Below, one piece after another: positions 36,607-44,081 of a stretch of DNA of 64,000 bases (positions within the stretch are counted from its first letter, which is position 1; each line of letters opens with the position of its first letter). Below the pieces are notes generated by a model. That model was not told the origin of the DNA. It worked only from the letters and a program-made list of their open reading frames with translations, and made no database searches. The position numbers and the translations under genes were made by a program. This stretch comes from an uncultured Clostridia bacterium (GTDB lineage: Bacteria > Bacillota > Clostridia > Oscillospirales > CAG-382), in assembly GCA_947630765.1 (NCBI GenBank), contig CANRIX010000001.1, forward strand, positions 110,743 to 174,742, read 5' to 3'.

Positions 36607-37461
36607 TCAGTCTGCCGGCGTCCAGCGGGAAAAGTTGCGCTCCTGTTCCTCCAACGTCGCCGTATAGAACCGTTTGCCGCAGTCAAGAGAGGCGATCTGC
36701 TCCATTTCCGCTGCGGTCAGCGCAAAATCGAAGATGTCGAAGTTCTCCCGGATATGCTTGGGGTTCGTTGACTTCGGGAAGATCACGTTGCCCGCCTGGA
36801 TGTGCCAGCGGAGAATGATCTGCACATTGGTCTTGCCGTATTTCTTCGCAAGCTCGGTAAAGACCGGCTCGTTGATCAGCCCCGCGTCGCCGTGACCGAT
36901 GGGGTACCAGCTTTCGATGACCGTTCCGTATTTTGCGATACGTTTTTTCAGATCGTTCTGCTGGTAGTACGGGTGGCACTCGACCTGCAGGGCGGCGGGC
37001 TTGACGGTCGCCGCTTCGCAGACCTCCTCCAGCCGCTCGGATTCAAAGTTGGAAAGACCGATGGAGCGCACCTTTCCCTGTGCGACGGCCTTCTCCATAT
37101 CGCGCCACGCGCCCATGTAATCCCCCACCTGCTGATGCAATAAGAGCAGGTCGATATAACCGATCTGCAGGCGGGAGAGCATTTTGTCGATACCCGCCAT
37201 GGTTTTCCCCTCGCCGTACTCGGACGGCCAGAGCTTGGAGGTGACCCAAATTTCCTCGCGGGGGACGCCGCTCTCCCGGACGGCTTCGCCGACGCTGCGC
37301 TCGTTCTGATAGGCGTGGGCGGTGTCGATGTGGCGGTAGCCCATGCCCAGCGCCGAAAGGCACGCCTGCTTGGTGGCTTCTCCCGCCGGTACCATGTAAA
37401 CGCCCATGCCGAACTGCGGAATTTTCGCTCCGTTGTTGAGGGTAAGAACTGTCTGTTTCAT
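36607..37461 (-). CDS. Aldo/keto reductase (2,5-DKG reductase-like)
   Basis: GYRHIDTAHAY.NE, WVTSKLW, YIDLLLLH, IGLSNF, QVECHPY, IFPKS. Confidence 0.93.
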   Translation of the reverse strand: MKQTVLTLNNGAKIPQFGMGVYMVPAGEATKQACLSALGMGYRHIDTAHAYQNERSVGEAVRESGVPREEIWVTSKLWPSEYGEGKTMAGIDKMLSRLQIGYIDLLLLHQQVGDYMGAWRDMEKAVAQGKVRSIGLSNFESERLEEVCEAATVKPAALQVECHPYYQQNDLKKRIAKYGTVIESWYPIGHGDAGLINEPVFTELAKKYGKTNVQIILRWHIQAGNVIFPKSTNPKHIRENFDIFDFALTAAEMEQIASLDCGKRFYTATLEEQERNFSRWTPAD

Positions 37462-37479
37462 GTTTTCCTCCTGATTTTT

Positions 37480-38181
37480 TTAGGATGCGTATCCGTTGTC
37501 GGACAGCCATTCCGTTACGCTTTTCTTTGCGCTTTCGCGGTCGTTCTGCGCGGTGCTGCCGCGAACGGCAAGCCCCTCTCCGACGGTGGAATCCGGGCAA
37601 AGTCCCGAAATCGTCCTGTCCGTTCCGGCAAGCCCGCTGCCGGCGTGGGTGCAGAACGGGAGGATCGTCTTGCCGGAAAAGTCGTAGCTCTGCAGAAAGA
37701 CCTTGACGATGGTCGGCGTGTCGCCCCACCAGATCGGGTAGCCGAGGAAAATCGTGTCGTAATCGTCCATATTCTCCACCGTGCCGACGATCTCCGGGGG
37801 ATCGGTTTCCTCCTTCCGGGAAGCGTCCAGAAGCCCGTCGTAGGTGGTGGGATACGCTTCGGTGGATTCGATTTTGAAGGTGTCCGCACCGGTGGCGTCG
37901 GCGATCAGTTCCGCCACGATCTCGGTGTTCCCCTTCTCGATGACGCCCACCTCATACTGCTCGCCGGTCAGGGAGAAGTACGCGACGAGGACGTTTCTGC
38001 CCGATGCGGTTCCCTCCGACGTTTGCTCCGGCTCGTTTTCCGAGGGCGAAGCGGCGCCGTTCGGCTTTTTTTCGGGCTGAGCGCTCCCGTTTTCGTCGCT
38101 TTCCAGCGTCCCGCCTCCGCCGCAAGCCGCAGCGGTCAGCAGAAGGCAGGCGCAAAGCATAATAGACAATCGTTTTTTCAA
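37480..38181 (-). CDS. Flavodoxin-domain lipoprotein
   Basis: TTG start with RBS GAGGAGG; lipobox AAAC; VAYFS..G...GNT, FLGYPIWWG, PFCTHAGSG. Confidence 0.85.
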   Translation of the reverse strand: MKKRLSIMLCACLLLTAAACGGGGTLESDENGSAQPEKKPNGAASPSENEPEQTSEGTASGRNVLVAYFSLTGEQYEVGVIEKGNTEIVAELIADATGADTFKIESTEAYPTTYDGLLDASRKEETDPPEIVGTVENMDDYDTIFLGYPIWWGDTPTIVKVFLQSYDFSGKTILPFCTHAGSGLAGTDRTISGLCPDSTVGEGLAVRGSTAQNDRESAKKSVTEWLSDNGYAS

Positions 38182-38372
38182 AAGAAATCCCTCCTCTACC
38201 AATTCCCGTGTGTATATACTACCGCTTGCGGTGCGCCATTTCCACATCATTTTCGCACCGAAAGAGGTTTACGCCTCATTTTTTGCAGAACGAGGCAAAA
38301 TACACATGAGTTGACTTTTCTGCACGAATGGTGTATAATGATTCGATCAATTAAAGAGCGGGAGGGTTTGTC

Positions 38373-38945
38373 ATGAACGGCACGGAAAAAGAGGATCTGC
38401 GGGTGATCCGCACAAAGGAGGCGATCCGCAAGACCTTCGAGGAGATGATCTGCGAGATGGATTATGAGCAGATCACCATCAAGGAGTTGGCAGAGCGGGC
38501 AAGGATCAACCGCAAGACCTTCTACCTGCATTATGATTCACTGGACGACCTTTTGCGGGAGCTGCAAAACGAGATGGCGAAGGACTTCATCGAACGCACC
38601 CGCGGTCTTGAACGCCCCCGCGACATGGATAGGATCACACGGGAGTTCTTTCTGGTGAGCGAAGGCGCAGGACGGCTTCACGAGCGCCTGCTGTGCAGCG
38701 GAAGTTACCACTACATCAGCCGCCGGATCACGAACGAGATCATGTCGGAGACGTGGGGCGCCGACGGGAAGCGAAAGAACGTCGATCCGTATGTCCAGAA
38801 CATCATTATGACCTTCGTTTCCCAAAGCACCATCGAAATCTACAAACAATGGGTCGCCGACGGGAAGAAGATCCCGTTGGAGGAGATCATTTTGCTGACG
38901 GCAAAGCTGATCTGCGACGGCGTGAACGGTCTTGCGTTGACATGA
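38373..38945 (+). CDS. TetR/AcrR family regulator
   Basis: DLRV.RTK..I, ITIKELAERA.INRKTFYLHY; promoter TTGACT-17-TATAAT at 38311-38339. Confidence 0.92.
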   Translation: MNGTEKEDLRVIRTKEAIRKTFEEMICEMDYEQITIKELAERARINRKTFYLHYDSLDDLLRELQNEMAKDFIERTRGLERPRDMDRITREFFLVSEGAGRLHERLLCSGSYHYISRRITNEIMSETWGADGKRKNVDPYVQNIIMTFVSQSTIEIYKQWVADGKKIPLEEIILLTAKLICDGVNGLALT

Positions 38946-39189
38946 TGCGTGGCGTATACTGTTTCGGGGCGGGAAGTCTGACTCCCCGCCCCATGCGCTT
39001 GTCGGTATAGGATGTGGTATATTAGATTTTCCATGAAGATATTCCTTTCGGAATTGCAGTACGCTATTACAATTCTATCACAGGTTCTATCACAGGTTGC
39101 CTCTATGGAATGTTTCTTCTATGTACAACTTCACTTTACAACGCGAAAATATAAATCAAAGTCAAAACCATTTTTTGCGCCTGAACAGC

Positions 39190-39218
39190 TTGACAAAAAC
39201 GAGAAAAGATGCTACACT
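39190..39218 (+). promoter_or_regulatory. sigmaA promoter for SBP gene 2
   Basis: TTGACA-17 nt-TACACT. Confidence 0.7.
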
Positions 39219-39271
39219 TTTTTTGTAAGAAAAATGCAATTGGCAAATTTGGAAAAAGGGGAACAAACACG

Positions 39272-40756
39272 ATGAGAAAGAACCGTTTGCCTCGTCTTTG
39301 CGCGGCAATGCTTGCGATCCTGCTGCTCACCGCCCTGATGCTCTGCGCCTGCGACCAAGCGGACGAAACGGACGCCTCTGCGTCCGCATCAGCCGACGTT
39401 TCCGGGACTGTCTCGAACGCGTCGAACGACGTCGCGCCGGAGGTCGTCGACCTCGACGGCATGGAGCTGAACGTCTTCAGCTGGGATTTCACCGGCCCGA
39501 CCATCCACGGATATTCCGGCGAGATCCTTTACAGCGAGGAAGAGGACGCCTCCGCCGTTGACGTCGCCAAGAAAGAGATCGCCGAACGGGTCGAATCCGA
39601 TTATCATTGCGAAATCAACGGTTCGTTCGCCAACGGCATCACGCTGCCGACCTTCGTTTCAGAAATGGTCACGTCCAGCACCTACGATTTCAACGTCATC
39701 TTTGCCGATTCCATCAATCTGTCCAAGATGGTCACGAACGGGACGCTGACCGACCTGAATTCCGTCGGGACGTTCCACTTCGAGAACTCCTGGTGGGACC
39801 AGAACGCGGTCGAGCAGCTTTCCATCGGCAACAAGCTGTTCTACGTCAACGGCGACATCAACACCTACGACGACCTTGGGACGTGGTGCGTGCTATTCAA
39901 TAAGTCGCTCAAGGAACGTCTCGGCATCGAGGAAGATTTTTACCAAACCGTCCGCGACGGCGATTGGACGCTCGATCATTTCCGGGAGCTGTGCGAAAGC
40001 TACGACGCGACGCGTGACATCAACGGCGACGGAACCATCGACGAAAAGGATCAATGGGCATTCGGCACGGAGACGTACAACGTGTTCGTCGAAATCGTCG
40101 GCGGCGGGCTGCGCATGATCAGTAAGGACGAAAACGACCTGCCGTACATCACCGTCGAGGAAAACCCGGAGCAGTTCTATTCCGCGCTCGACAAGATCAT
40201 CGGCTTCTATTCGACCGACAACGTCATGATCGCCAACTACGGCCGCTTCGGAAACACCTGGGACACCATCAACAAGGCATTTCTCGAACAGCGGGAGCTG
40301 TTCTACATGGGCGGTCTGTTCAATCTCGTCGATTTCCGCGACATGGAGGACGACATCGGCGTTCTGCCGATCCCCAAGACCTTTGCCGACCAGGATTCCT
40401 ACTACCACACGGTTTCCGTTTACAATTCCTCCTACCTCGCCATTCCGCTCGGCGTGCCGGACGTGGAGAACCTCGGGCTGGTGCTGGAAGCCCTGGCAAT
40501 GGGCTCGCAGGAGCTCGTCACCCCGGCGTTCTACGACAGGCAGCTCAAGTACCGCGACGTGCGCGACAACGAATCCGGCGAGATGCTCGACATCATCTTT
40601 TCCACTCGATTGTTTGACCTCGGACCGATCTACAATTGGGGGGACCTGATGAGCGTCTGCTACACCATCGACACCAACTACGCCTCCCGCTTCGACGCAT
40701 TGCTCGAACAGGCAAAGGCCGCGATGGAGCAGGGGATCCTGGATATGCAATCCTGA
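39272..40756 (+). CDS. Extracellular solute-binding lipoprotein, no adjacent permease
   Basis: Lipobox LCAC; WWDQ, FNK, W.LD, IGVLPIPK, RLFDLG; same family as the gene at 1413. Confidence 0.88.
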   Translation: MRKNRLPRLCAAMLAILLLTALMLCACDQADETDASASASADVSGTVSNASNDVAPEVVDLDGMELNVFSWDFTGPTIHGYSGEILYSEEEDASAVDVAKKEIAERVESDYHCEINGSFANGITLPTFVSEMVTSSTYDFNVIFADSINLSKMVTNGTLTDLNSVGTFHFENSWWDQNAVEQLSIGNKLFYVNGDINTYDDLGTWCVLFNKSLKERLGIEEDFYQTVRDGDWTLDHFRELCESYDATRDINGDGTIDEKDQWAFGTETYNVFVEIVGGGLRMISKDENDLPYITVEENPEQFYSALDKIIGFYSTDNVMIANYGRFGNTWDTINKAFLEQRELFYMGGLFNLVDFRDMEDDIGVLPIPKTFADQDSYYHTVSVYNSSYLAIPLGVPDVENLGLVLEALAMGSQELVTPAFYDRQLKYRDVRDNESGEMLDIIFSTRLFDLGPIYNWGDLMSVCYTIDTNYASRFDALLEQAKAAMEQGILDMQS

Positions 40757-41043
40757 AACTGATTCGGGGGGCAAACGCAATCGCATCGTCGCCAGCGACT
40801 TCGTCGCCGCGTCGCCTTGCTCTGCCTTTTCCCCCCCGAAGACCCCCCTTTGATCGAAAAACGGCTCGGCTTGCGCCAATACTGACGCCGCTTTCGCCGT
40901 TTTTCTCTTAAGGTGCCCCTTCGGCGGTACATGCCCGCCTACGGGGCGATATTTTTACTGTATTCCTGCTTTAGGCTGACCTTTTGATGAATCATCTTCC
41001 CCGTTTTCCAAAGACAAATTCGCATTTCCGTCGGCCGGGAATC

Positions 41044-41072
41044 TTGACAAATGGCGGAGGATATGGTATACT
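41044..41072 (+). promoter_or_regulatory. sigmaA promoter for SBP gene 3
   Basis: TTGACA-17 nt-TATACT. Confidence 0.75.
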
Positions 41073-41109
41073 AAAGTGTCATGTGAAATCATCTCAAAAG
41101 GAGAACGAT

Positions 41110-42624
41110 ATGAGAAATACACGATTTGTCCGTTTTAGCGCCTGCCTGCTCGCCCTGCTGATGCTTTCCGCGCTGGTGCTCTGCGCCTGCGAGGAGGAGA
41201 CGGCGGAGGGCGCATCCTCCGGCGATTCCTCCGCGTCCGAAAGCACCTCCGACAGCGTTTCGACCGGCTCGGATGACGTCCCCCCGGAAATCGTAGACCT
41301 GGGCGGACGGGAAATCAACATCTTCAGCTGGGATTTCGGTACGCAGTCCATTCAGGGCTACACAGGCGAGGTCATTTACAGCGAGGAAGATGATTCTTCG
41401 CAGGTGGACGTCGCGAAAAAGGCGGTCATCGACCACGTCGAGGCCGATTACAACTGCAAAATTTCCGGCGTGCTCGACAATTCGATCAACCTCATCACCA
41501 CCGTCGCGAACATGGTCAGCTCGGGGACTTACGATTACGACGTCATCTTCATCAGTGCCGTTTCCATGGCGATGATGATCGAACAGCAAACGCTGACCGA
41601 CCTCAACACCGTTTCCACCCTCAACTTCAAGAACTCCTGGTGGGATCAGAACGCGGTCGAACAGCTTTCCATCGACCACCGCCTGTTCTTCATCAACGGC
41701 GACATCAATACATACGATGATCTCGGGACGTTCGTCGTCATGTTCAACAAGTCGCTCAAGGAACGGCTGAGCATCGACGAGGATTTCTACCAGACCGTCC
41801 GCGACGGCAACTGGACGCTCGACCACTTCATGGAGATCTGCAAGGGTATCACGAAGGACGTGACCGGCGACGGCACGATCGACGAACACGACCAGTGGGC
41901 GCTGGGCACGGAGACCTATAACGTATTCGTGCAGGTGCTCGGCGGCGGACTGCGCGTGACCGACAAGGACGACGACGATCTCCCCTATCTGACCGTCGCG
42001 AACAATCCGCAGCAGCTGTATAACGCGCTTGACAAGATCATCAACTTCTATAATTCCGACGACGTCATGGTCGCCAACGGCGGCAAGTACCCGCAGTACC
42101 CCAATCCGTGGGAGGAAACCGTCAACAAGGCGTTCCTCGAACAACGCGAACTGTTCTACATGGGCGGTCTGTTCAACCTCGTCGGGTTCCGCGACATGGA
42201 GGATGCGATCGGCGTCCTGCCGATCCCGAAGACCTTTGAAGACTAGGATTCCTACTACCACACAGTTTCCACCGGCAACACGTCCTACCTCGCGATCCCG
42301 CGCAACCTGCCGGACGTCGAGGAGGTCGGTCTGGTGCTGGAAGCGCTCTCGATGTGGTCACAGGAGTTCGTCACGCCGGCGTTCTACGACAAGCAGCTGA
42401 AGTACCGCGACGTGCGCGACAACGAGTCCGGCGAAATGCTGGATCTGATCTTCGCCACCCGTTCCTTCGACGTCTGTCCCGCCTATGACTGGGGCGGCAT
42501 CACGACGGCGTTCACGACGCTTGATTCCAACTACGCCTCCCGCTTTGAAGGGCTGATCGACAAGACCAACGAAGAGATCCAGGATACCATTGACGCGGTA
42601 CAGGGCTACGATTACGGCGCGTAA
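41110..42624 (+). pseudogene. Solute-binding lipoprotein paralog interrupted by an in-frame amber codon at 42244-42246
   Basis: GAC TAG GAT TCC TAC TAC CAC here versus GAC CAG GAT TCC TAC TAC CAC in the paralog; homology continues in the same frame to TAA 42624. Confidence 0.85.
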
Positions 42625-42656
42625 ACGCACCTTTTGACGGAAAGGCGAAAAGAAAT

Positions 42657-43502
42657 ATGACGATTTGGAATGCCCTTTTCTACGGCCTTTTGCAGGGGAT
42701 CGCGGAGTTTCTCCCGATCTCCAGCTCCGGGCATCTCGCGCTCGCGCACGGGTTCTTCGGCGCGGAAACGGAAGGAAATTCCCTTGCGTTCGACGTGCTT
42801 TTGCACCTCGCGACCCTGCTTGCGGTGGTCATTATGTTCCGCAAGGAGATCCTCCTGCTGATCAAGGGGGTCTTTTCCCTGCTCGGCAAGCTGTTTACCG
42901 GCAGGCTGTGGGGAAAGCGGAAGGAACCCCTGCAATTCGGGGAAAAGCTGTTCTTCATGCTCTGCCTGTCCGCCCTGCCGCTCGTGCCGATCGCGCTGAT
43001 CTCCGATAAGGTCGAAGCGCTCGGCGCCTACCGCTGGGCGGTCGGTCTGCTGCTGGTGGTCAACGGCGCGATGCTCTGGGTCAGCGACCGGCTCGCCGCC
43101 GGGAAACTGACGCTGGAAAACGCGGGCTGGGCGCGTCCGTTCCTGATCGGCTGCGTGCAGATGTTCGGCGTCCTGCCCGGTATTTCGCGTTCCGGCTCGA
43201 CCATCACCGGCGGGCGGCTCTGCGGGCTGACGCGGGAGGACGCGGTCCGCTTCTCCTTCCTGATGTCCATTCCGGCGATCCTCGGGGCCTGCGTGCTGAA
43301 GCTGCCGGATTTCTTTGCGGAGGGCATGACCGCCGAGCTTGCGGCACCCTGCGCCGTCGGTTCCGTGACCGCGTTCGTCGTCGGGCTCGGTGCGATCCGT
43401 CTGCTGCAATTCTTCGCGAAGAAGAAAGGTTTCACGGTTTTCAGCGTCTATTCCGTCCTGGTCGGTCTGTGCGCAATTATTGCAGACTTCCTAGTTGGTT
43501 GA
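42657..43502 (+). CDS. uppP: Undecaprenyl-diphosphate phosphatase (BacA/UppP)
   Basis: QGIAEFLPISSSGHL, H.ATL.A, PGISRSGST, RFSFLMSIP. Confidence 0.95.
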   Translation: MTIWNALFYGLLQGIAEFLPISSSGHLALAHGFFGAETEGNSLAFDVLLHLATLLAVVIMFRKEILLLIKGVFSLLGKLFTGRLWGKRKEPLQFGEKLFFMLCLSALPLVPIALISDKVEALGAYRWAVGLLLVVNGAMLWVSDRLAAGKLTLENAGWARPFLIGCVQMFGVLPGISRSGSTITGGRLCGLTREDAVRFSFLMSIPAILGACVLKLPDFFAEGMTAELAAPCAVGSVTAFVVGLGAIRLLQFFAKKKGFTVFSVYSVLVGLCAIIADFLVG

Positions 43503-43514
43503 AAGAGAACGGTT

Positions 43515-44045
43515 ATGGGAACGGGAATCATTGTATGCGGATTGAACGGCAGCGGAAAGAGTACATTGGGAAAAGCATTGGCTGAAAAACTGCATTTTCA
43601 TTTTATTGATAATGAAAATCTATTTTTCCCGAAAACAGACGAAAACTACATCTTTGCTGCTCCGCGTTCGCATAACGATGTGGAAATGCTCCTTATGGAC
43701 GAAGTCAGAGCGTATGAGAATTTTGTTTTCGCCTCCGTAAAAGGCGATTACGGAGACGAAATTTTGTCGCGTTACGATTATGCGGTGCGGATTGAAGTTC
43801 CGAAAGAAATCGGAATGCAGCGGGTGAAAAACCGTTCTTTCCAGAAATTCGGCAAAAGAATGCTGCAAGGCGGCGATTTATACGAGCGCGAGAAGCAGTT
43901 TTTTGATATGGTAAACGCAAGGACGGAGAGCTATGTTGAGGAATGGGTGCAATCTTTGCGTTGCCCGATTATCCGCGTAGACGGAACAAAGACAATCGAA
44001 GAAAATTTAGATTTTATCGCAGAACGGCTCCGTATTCTCCGATAA
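43515..44045 (+). CDS. P-loop kinase (AAA_17/18, adenylate/shikimate kinase-like)
   Basis: IIVCGLNGSGKST; R..R lid region; AT-richer than its neighbours. Confidence 0.8.
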   Translation: MGTGIIVCGLNGSGKSTLGKALAEKLHFHFIDNENLFFPKTDENYIFAAPRSHNDVEMLLMDEVRAYENFVFASVKGDYGDEILSRYDYAVRIEVPKEIGMQRVKNRSFQKFGKRMLQGGDLYEREKQFFDMVNARTESYVEEWVQSLRCPIIRVDGTKTIEENLDFIAERLRILR

Positions 44046-44081
44046 GGGGCTTTTTGCGGGAGGAAAGGAAAAGCAAGGACG

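Noticed and set aside
39012-39275. 87-aa ORF upstream of SBP2
   Set aside because: No convincing RBS, overlaps the SBP promoter, and shows no recognisable family.
42244-42246. Genome-wide TAG recoding (alternative code or pyrrolysine)
   Set aside because: TAG terminates several full-length conserved genes here (metY, spoVAE, SBP1), and no pyl genes are in the window.
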